From contig JBOGHG010000001.1 of the NCBI GenBank assembly GCA_050744525.1, forward strand, positions 1 to 55,140: a DNA stretch of 55,140 bases. Reading direction: 5' to 3'. The stretch comes from Acidimicrobiales bacterium (GTDB lineage Bacteria; Actinomycetota; Acidimicrobiia; Acidimicrobiales; VFJN01). A program made the position numbers and the translations under genes. Below the pieces are notes generated by a model. That model had not been told where the DNA came from and searched no databases. It saw only the letters and a list, made by a program, of their open reading frames with translations. This document shows positions 19,547-28,728 of the stretch, piece after piece; positions within the stretch are counted from its first letter, which is position 1, and each line of letters begins with the position of its first letter.

Positions 19547-20865
19547 TCATCACCGGCCAGAGCGTGTTCCGCACCGGTCTGTCGAAGGTCGGCATCCCCG
19601 GCTCGCCCGTGGGCATGCGCGCGGAGGACCCGACGATCGCCCGCTTGCTGAAGGCCCGCGGCTACGCCACCGGCCAGTTCGGCAAGAACCACCTGGGGGA
19701 CAAGGACGAGCACCTGCCCACGAACCACGGCTTCGACGAGTTCTTCGGCAACCTCTACCACCTGAACGCCGAGGAGGAACCCGAGCTGGCGGATTACCCA
19801 CCGGATGCGGACTTCCCGCAGTTCAGGGAGCGGTACGGGCCCCGCGGCGTCCTGCACTCCTGGGCCAACGACGACGGGACGCAGCGCATCGAGGACACCG
19901 GTCCGTTGACCAAGAAGCGGATGGAGACCATCGACGACGAGGTCGCCGAGGCGGCGCTCGACTTCATCCGCCGCCAACAGGCCAACGGCACCCCGTTCTT
20001 CGTGTGGGTCAACACCACCCACATGCACTTCCGCACCCACCCGAAACCGGAGAGCGTCGGCCAGGCGGGGCGCTGGCAGTCGCCCTACCACGACACCATG
20101 ATCGACCACGACCTGCTCGTCGGATCGTTGCTCGACCTGCTCGAGGAGCTCGGTCTGGCGGGCGACACCTTCGTCATGTACTCCACCGACAACGGCCCGC
20201 ACATGAACAGCTGGCCGGATGCGGGCATGACGCCGTTCCGCAACGAGAAGAACTCGAACTGGGAGGGCGCCTTCCGGGTGCCGTGCGTGATGCGTTGGCC
20301 GGGAGAGATCCCGGCTGGCATCGTCACGAACGACATCGGCAGCCATCTCGACATGCTGCCGACGCTGCTCGCGGTGGCCGGCGAGCCGGGCATCAAGGAG
20401 AAGCTGCTCGAGGGCCACGAGGCCGACGGCCACACCTACAAGGTGCACCTCGACGGGCACAACCTGGTGCCCTTCCTCACCGTCGAGGGCGAGCGGAGCC
20501 CGCGGCCGGGATACTTCTACTTCTCCGATGACGGCGACCTCGTCGCCCTGCGCTTCGACAACTGGAAGGCCGTGTTCATGGAGCAGCGCGTCGCCGGAAC
20601 GATGCAGATCTGGGCGGAGCCGTTCGTGCCGCTGCGGGTACCGAAGCTCTACAACCTTCGCACGGACCCGTTCGAACGGGCTGACATCACCTCCAACACC
20701 TACTACGACTGGTTCCTCGACCGCGTCTACCTCGTGCTCGCGGCAACGGGGGTCGTAGGCGAGCTCCTGGCCACGTTCGAGGACTTCCCGCCCCGCCAGA
20801 CGGCGCCGTCGTTCACCATCGACCAGGCCCTGGAGAAGCTGGAGGCCGGGATCACGAGCGCGTGA
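19531..20865 (+). pseudogene. Arylsulfatase lacking its N-terminus and catalytic Cys (formylglycine) motif
   Basis: Homology begins at AGRSAFITGQSVFRTGLSKVGIPG..., the tail of the C-T-A-G-R sulfatase signature. The Cys position reads R-L and no signal peptide or N-terminal domain is present. The first in-frame start is the GTG at 19564. The rest (GKNHLGDKDEHLPTNHGFDEFFG...) looks intact. Confidence 0.7.
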
Positions 20866-20983
20866 ACAGTGGCCATGGAACTTGACACGGGGATCGTGGC
20901 CTCCTTCGCCCTTTGGCCGCCCCTCCGGCAGCAGCCGCTACCGTCGTCCCGGCGTGCCGACCGCGCGACCGGAGGGGGGTTAC

Positions 20984-22615
20984 ATGCCACTGCCCGACCT
21001 GGACTACGCACCGACCATTCCGGCCGTGGTCCGCCGGGCCGCGACGACCTTCGGGGACAACGACTTCATCGTCATGCCCGATCGCCGCATGAGCTACGCC
21101 GAGGCCGAGGTGGCGTCCCGCCGCGTCGGCAAGCAGCTGCTGGCGGCCGGCGTGGGGAAGGGCACTCGCATCGGGTTCATGTTCCCGTACGGCACGGACT
21201 GGGTCGTGACGTGGCTGGCGGCCGCCCGGATCGGTGCGATCGGCATGCCGTTCAGCACGTCCTACAAGCCCGCCGAGCTGCGCAAGGCACTCCGCTTCGG
21301 CGACGTCGACACGCTGCTCGTGCCGTCGACCATGTTCGGTCGGGACCATCTCGCCTACGTCGAGGAGGCCGTGCCCGGGCTCGCCCAGGCGGGGCCCGAG
21401 CCGCTGCGGATCCAGGCGCTGCCCTTCCTGAGGCACGTGCGGGTGAGCGGACCCAGCGACCGGCTGTGGCCCAAGGAGCTTCCCCTTGACTTCCGGCTCG
21501 GCGACGGCGGCTACCACGGCGTCAGCGACGACCTCTTCGAGGCCGTGGAGGCCGGGGTCACGCCGTCCGACGTCATGATGACGATCTTCACGTCGGGCAC
21601 CACGACCGAGCCCAAGGCGGTCGTCCACACGCACGGCAACTTCCTCCGCCACGGCGCCAACCTCGCGCGCTTCGCGGGGCACACCACGGAGTCCCGCCGG
21701 CTGTGCGCCATGCCGTTCTTCTGGATCGGCGGCGTCGGGCTCACGCTCAACCTGGCCCTGGCGGTGGGCAGTGCCGTCCTGTGCGTCGAGAGGGTCGAGC
21801 CCGACGCCGTGCTCGACCTCATGGAGGCCGAGGGCGCGACCGAGCTCGCAATGTGGCCCCAGCTGGGCCAGCGGATGCAGCGCTACATCGCCGAGGCGGG
21901 CCGGGACGTGGGCAAGATCCCCGCGTTCGCGCCCCCGCCCACCACCGACTACGGGTTGCGCCACAACTCGTTGGGGATGACCGAGACCATGGGGCCCCAC
22001 TCCGCGGCCGGCCCCGAGTCCGAGCGAGTCCTGCCCGAGGAGATGCGAGGATCGTTCGGGCTGCTCGTCCCCTGCGTCGAGCACCGCATCGCCGACCCCG
22101 ACACCAACGCCACCTTGGGCGAGGGCGAGGTGGGGGAGGTCTGCATCCGCGGCTACAGCCTCATGGACGGGCTGTACAAGCGGGAGCGCCACGACACCTT
22201 CGACGAGGACGGCTGGTATCACAGCGGCGACAAGGGCCTGATCCGCGACGGCTACCTGTACTTCCACGGCCGCCTGAGCGAGATGATCAAGACGTCGGGC
22301 TCCAACGTCGCCCCCCGGGAGGTCGAGCTGGTGCTCGAGTCGTTCCCCGAGGTCGGCTTGGCCGTTGTCGTTGGTCTACCGGATACCGATCGGGGCGAGG
22401 TCGTCGCCGCCGCGCTGGTGCCGGCGACCGGCGCCGGCATCGATCCGATCGAGACGCTCCGGCGGACCGGCGACGAGCTCTCCAACTACAAGGTGCCGCG
22501 GCGGGTGCTCGTGCTCGGCGAAGGCGACATGCCCTACCTGGCCAACGGCAAGCCCGATCGGCTGACGGTGCGGACGCTGCTGGCCGATCGGGCGACCGAG
22601 GCGCGGTGGCGCTGA
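20984..22615 (+). CDS. AMP-dependent synthetase/ligase (acyl-CoA synthetase family)
   Basis: AMP-binding motif IFTSGTTTEPKAVVH, plus GWYHSGD and a C-terminal ...GKPDR motif. ATG at 20984 follows GGAGGGGGG. Confidence 0.85.
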   Translation: MPLPDLDYAPTIPAVVRRAATTFGDNDFIVMPDRRMSYAEAEVASRRVGKQLLAAGVGKGTRIGFMFPYGTDWVVTWLAAARIGAIGMPFSTSYKPAELRKALRFGDVDTLLVPSTMFGRDHLAYVEEAVPGLAQAGPEPLRIQALPFLRHVRVSGPSDRLWPKELPLDFRLGDGGYHGVSDDLFEAVEAGVTPSDVMMTIFTSGTTTEPKAVVHTHGNFLRHGANLARFAGHTTESRRLCAMPFFWIGGVGLTLNLALAVGSAVLCVERVEPDAVLDLMEAEGATELAMWPQLGQRMQRYIAEAGRDVGKIPAFAPPPTTDYGLRHNSLGMTETMGPHSAAGPESERVLPEEMRGSFGLLVPCVEHRIADPDTNATLGEGEVGEVCIRGYSLMDGLYKRERHDTFDEDGWYHSGDKGLIRDGYLYFHGRLSEMIKTSGSNVAPREVELVLESFPEVGLAVVVGLPDTDRGEVVAAALVPATGAGIDPIETLRRTGDELSNYKVPRRVLVLGEGDMPYLANGKPDRLTVRTLLADRATEARWR

Positions 22616-22650
22616 CGGCGCCAGCCGTGGCGTGCCCGCGATGAGAAATG

Positions 22651-22691
22651 CGTCCCCATGTCGTCTGGACATCCGACAGCCCGATGGGGCA
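22651..22691 (+). terminator. Nested GC-rich hairpin downstream of the acyl-CoA synthetase gene (possible intrinsic terminator without U-tract)
   Basis: In gtCCCCA-TGTCG-tctggacatc-CGACA-gcccga-TGGGGcac, the outer stem CCCCA/TGGGG and inner stem TGTCG/CGACA were read directly. Confidence 0.35.
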
Positions 22692-22733
22692 CGAAAACCA
22701 GGCGAACGACTCGAGAAAGGAAAGGGGCGCGTG

Positions 22734-22907
22734 ATGAGCACGCACGTCTTCGGACTCACCGTGGCGACGCTGGCCGACGCGTCCCGCGCCGCGCGCACGG
22801 TCGATAATGCCGTGACCCTCATAGACGAGGCGTCGCACGTGGTGGTCGTCGTCGACCAGCGGGGTCGGGTGATCATGCGGCCCCAGGAGTGGAACCCGCT
22901 CGGCTGA
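22734..22907 (+). CDS. Small hypothetical protein (57 aa)
   Basis: ATG at 22734 is preceded by gaaaggaaagggg. Third-position GC usage resembles neighbouring genes. No recognisable motif (MSTHVFGLTVATLADASRAARTVDNAVTLIDEASHVVVVVDQRGRVIMRPQEWNPLG). Confidence 0.45.
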   Translation: MSTHVFGLTVATLADASRAARTVDNAVTLIDEASHVVVVVDQRGRVIMRPQEWNPLG

Positions 22908-22926
22908 TCCCCGCCCCGGACCCTTC

Positions 22927-22952
22927 TTACATACAGGCTTGACTGTACGTAA
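22927..22952. promoter_or_regulatory. Inverted repeat, candidate TetR operator
   Basis: TTACATACAG-gcttga-CTGTACGTAA gives 9/10 complementary arms with a 6-bp spacer. It overlaps the putative -35 element upstream of the TetR gene at 22974. Confidence 0.5.
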
Positions 22953-22967
22953 CTGAAGGTAGATAGT
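22939..22967 (+). promoter_or_regulatory. Sigma-70-type promoter for a leaderless TetR / diiron oxygenase transcript
   Basis: TTGACT (22939-22944), a 17-nt spacer, then GATAGT (22962-22967). The -10 element ends 6 nt before the ATG at 22974 and no Shine-Dalgarno sequence is present. Confidence 0.4.
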
Positions 22968-22973
22968 GGCTGC

Positions 22974-23612
22974 ATGCCCACGGTCGCCTCGGAAGCGCAG
23001 CGGCCCCGCAGCAACGCCGAGCGCAGCGCCGCCACGCGTGCCCGGCTCCTGGACGCCACCATCGACTGCCTGGTGGAGCTGGGCTGGTCGGGCACCAGCA
23101 CGACCGAGGTTGTGCGCCGTGCCGGCGTGTCCCGGGGCGCGCAGGTGCACCATTACCCCACCAAGGAAGACCTGGTGCTCGCCGCGGTCGAGCATCTGTG
23201 CACCCGCCGCATGGACGAGTACCGGGCCGCGATCGAGAGGCTCCCGGCCCACGAGCGAACCCCGGCTGCCTCCATCGACCTGCTGTGGTCGGTGTGGTCG
23301 GGCCCGACGCTCGAGGCGTGGCTCGAGCTCGTGCTCGCAGGCCGGACCCGGCCGGCGTTGCGGGACCGCTTCTTCGAGTTCGAGCGACGGTTCTTCGACG
23401 CCGCGGTGGCGTTGTTCCGGGAGACACAGCCGGACATGGCCGTCGACCCGGCGTTCGCCCGCCTGGCGTTGCGGTTCACCTTCTGCCTCCTCGACGGCCT
23501 GGCGGTCGCACGCCTCGTCGGGACCGAGCGGCAGGAGCTGGACCGCGTCATCGAAGGCTTCAAGTTGCTCACCACCATCGTTCCTTCCCTCGATCCAGGA
23601 GCCATCCCATGA
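22974..23612 (+). CDS. TetR-family transcriptional regulator
   Basis: HTH WSGTSTTEVVRRAGVSRGAQVHHYPTKEDLV. Its stop overlaps the next gene's start (ATGA at 23609-23612). Confidence 0.9.
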   Translation: MPTVASEAQRPRSNAERSAATRARLLDATIDCLVELGWSGTSTTEVVRRAGVSRGAQVHHYPTKEDLVLAAVEHLCTRRMDEYRAAIERLPAHERTPAASIDLLWSVWSGPTLEAWLELVLAGRTRPALRDRFFEFERRFFDAAVALFRETQPDMAVDPAFARLALRFTFCLLDGLAVARLVGTERQELDRVIEGFKLLTTIVPSLDPGAIP

Positions 23613-24571
23613 CCGCCATCGCCCTCGACGGCCAGCCCCTCGACGAGGAGCAGCGTGACGACCGGTTCACCGAGCTGCTGCGGCGCCTCAGCCACCAGTC
23701 GGTGGTGAAGCATTTCGACGCCTACGCCGACGTCGATTGGGATCATCCCGATCACGCCATCGACCCCTGCGACCCCCGCTGGGAGTTGGACCCGGGCAAT
23801 GGACTGGCGGGCACCGACTGGTACCGCTCGTTGCCGGCCGAGACGCGGGCCCGGATCGGGCTCCACGGCATCACGAGCAACATGAAGGCCGGGCTCCAGT
23901 TCGAGAACGTGCTCAAGCGTGGCCTGCTGGAGTACGCGTTCGGGCTGCCCGACGGCTCGCCCGAGTTCCGGTACGTCTACCACGAGGTCATCGAGGAGGC
24001 GCAGCACTCGCTGATGTTCCAGGAGTTCGTCAACCGGGCCGGTCTCGAGACCCCGGGCCTGCCGTGGGACATGCGCCTGGGGAGCCGGCGCGTCGTCGGC
24101 CTGGCCCGGCGGTTCCCGGCCCTGTTCTTCGTGTTCGTGCTCGGCGGGGAGGATCCGATCGATCACGTGCAGCGCACGGTCCTGCGCAGCGGCAAGGAGA
24201 TCCATCCGTTGCTGGAGCGGATCATGCGCATTCACGTCACCGAGGAGGCGCGGCACCTGTCGTTTGCCCGCAGCTACCTGCGCACCAACGTGCCCAAGCT
24301 GTCGGGATGGCGGCGGCGCGCCATGGCCCTGGAGGCGCCGGTGGTGCTGGCCACCGAGGCGAGCGTCATGCTGCGGCCGCCCCGCCACCTCGTCCGCACC
24401 TACGGCGTGCCCGATGCGGTCCTGCGCGAGGCCTACGGTCCCGGATCCCAGAGCCGGCAGGACGCCAGGGACTCGCTCCGCAAGGTACGCAACCTGCTGG
24501 TCGAGCTCGGCCTCGTCACGCCGGCGGCGAAACGCTTGTGGCGGCGCTTCGGCATCTGGGACGAGGCCTGA
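23609..24571 (+). CDS. Diiron oxygenase (AurF / p-aminobenzoate N-oxygenase-like family)
   Basis: 320 aa with two E-x-x-H diiron motifs (HEVIEEAQHSLMF and HVTEEARHLSFA) in the spacing typical of the AurF-like family. Confidence 0.7.
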   Translation: MTAIALDGQPLDEEQRDDRFTELLRRLSHQSVVKHFDAYADVDWDHPDHAIDPCDPRWELDPGNGLAGTDWYRSLPAETRARIGLHGITSNMKAGLQFENVLKRGLLEYAFGLPDGSPEFRYVYHEVIEEAQHSLMFQEFVNRAGLETPGLPWDMRLGSRRVVGLARRFPALFFVFVLGGEDPIDHVQRTVLRSGKEIHPLLERIMRIHVTEEARHLSFARSYLRTNVPKLSGWRRRAMALEAPVVLATEASVMLRPPRHLVRTYGVPDAVLREAYGPGSQSRQDARDSLRKVRNLLVELGLVTPAAKRLWRRFGIWDEA

Positions 24572-24596
24572 CGCTTCTGCCCCCGGCTCGGCAACA

Positions 24597-25055
24597 TCAT
24601 GCCGGGCCCTGCTGGCGCCCCTCGGTCGTGACCTTGCGGTACGTGAACCGCCAGCGGCCGTCCTGCTCCTCGTACTCGTCGACATACCGTCCCCAATGGT
24701 CGAGGCCGTTGGCGCGGATCACGAAGAAGTAGCAGCGGCCCTTGGCGTGCTGTCGATCGCCGACATGGATCTGGTGGGTGGTGACGCAGTGGCGCACGTA
24801 CGGGGGCTGGGCGCGCTCGTCGGCCGCCTCCCGAAACGTTGCGATCGCACCGGTGAAGATCGTCCCGATCTCGTCGATGCCTCGGTAGGCACGGGTCTCG
24901 CCGCCCTCGCTCGTGATCTCCATCGTCGCGTCGGCGGCGAACAGCTCGAGGACCTGCGCGATCCGGCCGCTGTCGCCATTCGAGTTGTACCGCGTGACGA
25001 GGTCTCGGATGCTCTCGCGGGCAAGCAGCTCCCAGGTCTCCATCGGCGTGCTCAT
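24597..25055 (-). CDS. NTF2/SnoaL-like fold protein
   Basis: 152 aa with the SnoaL_4-type pattern (IRDLVTRYNSNGDSGR... HCVTTHQIHV... GRYVDEYEEQDGRWRF). ATG at 25055. Confidence 0.65.
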   Translation of the reverse strand: MSTPMETWELLARESIRDLVTRYNSNGDSGRIAQVLELFAADATMEITSEGGETRAYRGIDEIGTIFTGAIATFREAADERAQPPYVRHCVTTHQIHVGDRQHAKGRCYFFVIRANGLDHWGRYVDEYEEQDGRWRFTYRKVTTEGRQQGPA

Positions 25056-25080
25056 GCCGAGATGCGCGTGTCCACCGGCA

Positions 25081-25503
25081 CTAGTCGACCGTGGCGGTCG
25101 CCTGGCCGGCGAACACCTCGAGCCCGTCCTGGTTGGTGGTGGTGATGCGCAGCTCGACGATGCCGACGCCGCCGTCATCGTTGCGAACGTCGACGACCTC
25201 GGACTGCGTCGTCAGGGTGTCGCCCGGCCACACTTGCGCCCGAAAGCGTCCGCCGAACGATCGCAGGCGACCATCGCCGACGTAGTTGGTGACCATCTTG
25301 CCGGTCAGCCCCATGGTCAGCATGCCGTGGGCGAAGATGCCCGGGAACCCCGCCACCTGGGTCGCGAACACCTCGTCGCTGTGCAGCGGGTTGTAGTCAC
25401 CCGATGCGCCGGAGTACTGCACGATCTGTGTCCTGGTGAGGTCGTCGACCACGACCTCGGTGTGCACGTCGCCGATGTTCAGCCCACTGGCCTGGAGCGT
25501 CAT
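25081..25503 (-). CDS. MaoC-family (R)-specific dehydratase, HadB/ChsH-type catalytic subunit
   Basis: Hot-dog hydratase motif YSGASGDYNPLHSD...FAHGML. Its start overlaps the stop of the upstream partner (ATGA). Confidence 0.85.
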   Translation of the reverse strand: MTLQASGLNIGDVHTEVVVDDLTRTQIVQYSGASGDYNPLHSDEVFATQVAGFPGIFAHGMLTMGLTGKMVTNYVGDGRLRSFGGRFRAQVWPGDTLTTQSEVVDVRNDDGGVGIVELRITTTNQDGLEVFAGQATATVD

Positions 25504-26039
25504 CGTTGCTCCCCCGACCCCGCCGTGGCCGCAGCCTCGGGGGCCCGCTCGGTGCGTACCCCGACGCCGCGGGCGGTGACGACGAGCTCGTCGTTCTGAT
25601 CCCGGTACTCGGTGATCGTCTCGTTGAACACCAGCTTGCCGGCGCGCCGGCCCTCCTTCTCCCACGTCTTGCCCGGTCGGGTCTCGGCCCGCAGAACGTC
25701 ACCCGGTCGCAGGTGCCGGTGGTACTCGAAGTGCTGCTCGGCGTGGAGCCCCCGCGCCATGCCTCCTCGTCCTCCTCCACCACCACCGCCGTCCCCCGGG
25801 CGCGGCGTCCCCGTGGGATTCCGTCCGGAGCCGAACCAGGGTTCGCCGATCTTCGGCCGCAGCGGCCAGTCGGGATCGAACTGGGCGCCCGCCTGGACAA
25901 ACGTCGGGGGCGCGATCACGTGGCCGACCTCGGTGTTCGCCGCGTACTCCTCGTCGGCGTAGATCGGGTTCGGGTCGCCCACGCTGCGGGCGAACATCAT
26001 GATGTGCCCGAGCTCGACCGGAAATCGTTCGACTGCCAT
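25500..26039 (-). CDS. MaoC N-terminal-like (HadA/ChsH-type non-catalytic) hot-dog protein
   Basis: Motifs FARSVGDPNPIYADEEYA and HAEQHFEYHRHLRPGD. It contains a Gly-rich insert, PRPGDGGGGGGGRGGMARG. Confidence 0.8.
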   Translation of the reverse strand: MAVERFPVELGHIMMFARSVGDPNPIYADEEYAANTEVGHVIAPPTFVQAGAQFDPDWPLRPKIGEPWFGSGRNPTGTPRPGDGGGGGGGRGGMARGLHAEQHFEYHRHLRPGDVLRAETRPGKTWEKEGRRAGKLVFNETITEYRDQNDELVVTARGVGVRTERAPEAAATAGSGEQR

Positions 26040-26122
26040 GACCCGCGATCATGTCAGGCCGGGTCGGCCGGGAACCGCCCGTTTCATGACAACCTGGTCT
26101 CGCCATCGAAGGAAGGGGATCC

Positions 26123-27037
26123 GTGACCGACTCGACGCCCCTGTTCGGCTTCACGATGCAGCTACCCGTGCAGGCCCAGTCCACGCTCATCGCCCAGCCC
26201 TGGGAGCCGGCGGCCGGGCCCGCGGAGCTGGCGGCGGTCGCCCGGGCCTGCGACGCCAACGGCTTCTACTCGGTGTCGGTGTGCGACCACGTCGCCATCC
26301 CCAGGGAGCGGGCGCCCACCATGACCACGACCTGGTACGACACGGTGGCGACCCTGGGGTGGCTGGCGGGGCTCACGGAAGGGGTGCGGCTGCTGTCGCA
26401 CGTCTACGTCGTCGCCTACCGCCACCCGCTGCAGACGGCCAAGGCGTTCGCCACCCTCGACGCCCTGTCCGGGGGACGGGCCATCCTCGGCGTGGGTGCC
26501 GGGCACGTCGACGGCGAGTTCGCGGCGCTGGGCGTGCCGTTCGCGCAGCGGGGTCGGATCACCGACGATGCGGTCGTGGCCATCCGCGCCGCCCTGGCCG
26601 ACGAATGGGGCGGCGGCGACGTCGGGCAGCGACCGCGTCCCCAGCAGCCCGGCGGCCCGCCCATCTGGGTGGGTGGATCCTCGGGCGCGGCCCTGCGCCG
26701 GGCCGCACGGCTGGGCGACGGCTGGCTGCCCCAGGGGCCCCCCGAGGGCGGCATGGCCGCGGCCATCGCCACCCTGGGGCGGCTGCGTGAGGAGGCCGGC
26801 CGGGAGGGCCCGTTCGCCGTCGGTGGCGGCGTCGGCCTCTACGTGGGCCAGCCTGCGTTCGACGTGCCCCGATGGACCGTCACCGGTGACCCCGACAGGA
26901 TCGCCGAGGCGGTGCGCGACCTCGTGGGGCTGGGCGTGAACCACGTCGCCATCCGGATCGCCTCGCGCAGCTGCGAGGAGCACATCGACCAGATCGCCGC
27001 CTTCGGCCGCGACGTGGCCCCCCTTGTCGAGGGGTGA
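26123..27037 (+). CDS. LLM-class (luciferase-like) F420-dependent oxidoreductase
   Basis: Motifs FYSVSVCDHV and LDALSGGRAILGVGAGH. GTG at 26123 follows AAGGAAGGGGA. F420 dependence is inferred from family resemblance only. Confidence 0.75.
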   Translation: MTDSTPLFGFTMQLPVQAQSTLIAQPWEPAAGPAELAAVARACDANGFYSVSVCDHVAIPRERAPTMTTTWYDTVATLGWLAGLTEGVRLLSHVYVVAYRHPLQTAKAFATLDALSGGRAILGVGAGHVDGEFAALGVPFAQRGRITDDAVVAIRAALADEWGGGDVGQRPRPQQPGGPPIWVGGSSGAALRRAARLGDGWLPQGPPEGGMAAAIATLGRLREEAGREGPFAVGGGVGLYVGQPAFDVPRWTVTGDPDRIAEAVRDLVGLGVNHVAIRIASRSCEEHIDQIAAFGRDVAPLVEG

Positions 27038-27123
27038 CACATACCCGGACCGGCACGAAACACTGGTGTCAGGTCGTGTGCCATGCTCGTGCGGCCGGCT
27101 GACCAGAGAGGGGAGCGGACCGG

Positions 27124-28620
27124 GTGGCACAGACCCAGGTCATCGATGCGGCCACCGCCCGGGGGCGCTATTCCCTGTGGATCGACGGCGACCGCGTCGA
27201 CGGATCGAAGGGAACGTACGAGGTCGTCAATCCCGCCACCGAGGCGATCGTGGGCCTGGCCCCCGACGCCACGGCCGACGACGCCCGCCAGGCCGCGACC
27301 GCCGCGGCCGACGCCTTCCCGGACTGGTCGCGGACCACCCCGGAGGAGCGGGCCCGCCTCCTCGATCGGGCCGCGGATCTCCTCCAGCAACGGATCCCCG
27401 AGCTCATCCCACTGGTCCAGGCCGAGACCGGCTCCACGGTCCAGATGGCGCGGACGGCCCAGGTCCCGGTCGCCGTGGCCCGCCTCCGCCGTTATGCGCG
27501 CGGCGCGCTCGAGCCCCGGGAGATCCCGCTCGCTCCGGCGCCCAACCCTGGTGGCGGGCCCTCGTCCACCGGCGGTGGCCTCGTCAACGCTATGGCCGTC
27601 CGCGTGCCGGTCGGCGTCGTGGTCTGCATCACGTCGTACAACGTGCCGCTGACCAACGTCATGGGGAAGATCGGCCCCGCCCTGGCCATGGGCAACACGG
27701 TGGTCATCAAGCCGGCGCACCAGGATCCGCTCGGGATCATCAAGATGGTGGAGGCGTTCCACGATGCGGGCTTCCCGCCGGGGGTCGTCAACCTCGTGGT
27801 CGGGTCCACCCCCGAGTCGGCCGAGGCGCTGGTGGAGGCGCCGCAGACCGACATGATCAGCTTCACCGGCAGCACGGCGATCGGCCTGAAGATCGGCGAG
27901 TCGGCCGCCCGTGACATGAAGCGGGTGCTGTTCGAGCTCGGCGGGAAGGGCGCCAGCCTGATGTTCGACGACGCCGACATCGATGCCGCCGCCCGGGGCA
28001 CCGCCAGCACGTTCGCCTTCCACGCCGGCCAGATCTGCACGGCGCCCACCCGGCTCATAGCCCAGCGCCGCGTCTACGACGAGGTGGTGGAGAAGCTGGC
28101 GCAGATCGCCACCGTGCTCAAGGTGGGCGACCCTCTCGATCCCGACACGATGGTCGGTCCGGTCATCAGCGCCGCCCAGCGCGACCGTATCGAGGGCTAC
28201 GTGCGGTCCGGCGTCGACGAGGGGGGCACCCTCGTCGCCGGCGGCTCCCGCCCCGACACCCAACGCGGCTTCTTCTGGCCTCCCACCCTCATCGCCGGGT
28301 GCCACAACGGCATGACGGCGGCCCGGGAGGAGATATTCGGGCCGGTGGTCGTGGCCATCCCCTTCGACGACGAGGAGGAGGGTATCGCCATCGCCAACGA
28401 CAGCGACTACGGCCTCTACGACTACGTGTGGACCCGGGATACGGCCAAGGGGCTGCGGGTCTCGCAGCGCCTGCGGGCGGGCAACGTCGGGCTCAACACG
28501 CTGGCCCGCAACCCCGAGACGCCGTTCGGCGGGTTCCGCAAGAGCGGCATCGGACGCGACGGTGGGTCGTTCGCCCTGCATGCCTACAGCGAGCTGCAGA
28601 GCATCGTCTGGCCCGGCTGA
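27124..28620 (+). CDS. Aldehyde dehydrogenase family protein
   Basis: Motifs FTGSTAIG, catalytic ELGGKGA, and the Cys motif FAFHAGQICTAPTR. Confidence 0.9.
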   Translation: MAQTQVIDAATARGRYSLWIDGDRVDGSKGTYEVVNPATEAIVGLAPDATADDARQAATAAADAFPDWSRTTPEERARLLDRAADLLQQRIPELIPLVQAETGSTVQMARTAQVPVAVARLRRYARGALEPREIPLAPAPNPGGGPSSTGGGLVNAMAVRVPVGVVVCITSYNVPLTNVMGKIGPALAMGNTVVIKPAHQDPLGIIKMVEAFHDAGFPPGVVNLVVGSTPESAEALVEAPQTDMISFTGSTAIGLKIGESAARDMKRVLFELGGKGASLMFDDADIDAAARGTASTFAFHAGQICTAPTRLIAQRRVYDEVVEKLAQIATVLKVGDPLDPDTMVGPVISAAQRDRIEGYVRSGVDEGGTLVAGGSRPDTQRGFFWPPTLIAGCHNGMTAAREEIFGPVVVAIPFDDEEEGIAIANDSDYGLYDYVWTRDTAKGLRVSQRLRAGNVGLNTLARNPETPFGGFRKSGIGRDGGSFALHAYSELQSIVWPG

Positions 28621-28728
28621 AGGAGGCGCTGAAGTGCGAGTGAAGCGAGCGCTACAGGCCGACGGCGCGAGCGCCTTACGGTTGCATGATGGCGATGGGT
28701 GTGGGGCGCAGCCCCACGCGAGGCACCG

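Noticed and set aside
24544-24562. ggcgcttcggcatctggga inside the diiron oxygenase gene resembles the ISL3 terminal repeat (ggcgcttcggatctgagcggg).
   Set aside because: It lies within an intact, motif-bearing ORF. It has an indel relative to the repeat, has no partner end or target duplication, and is most likely coincidental.
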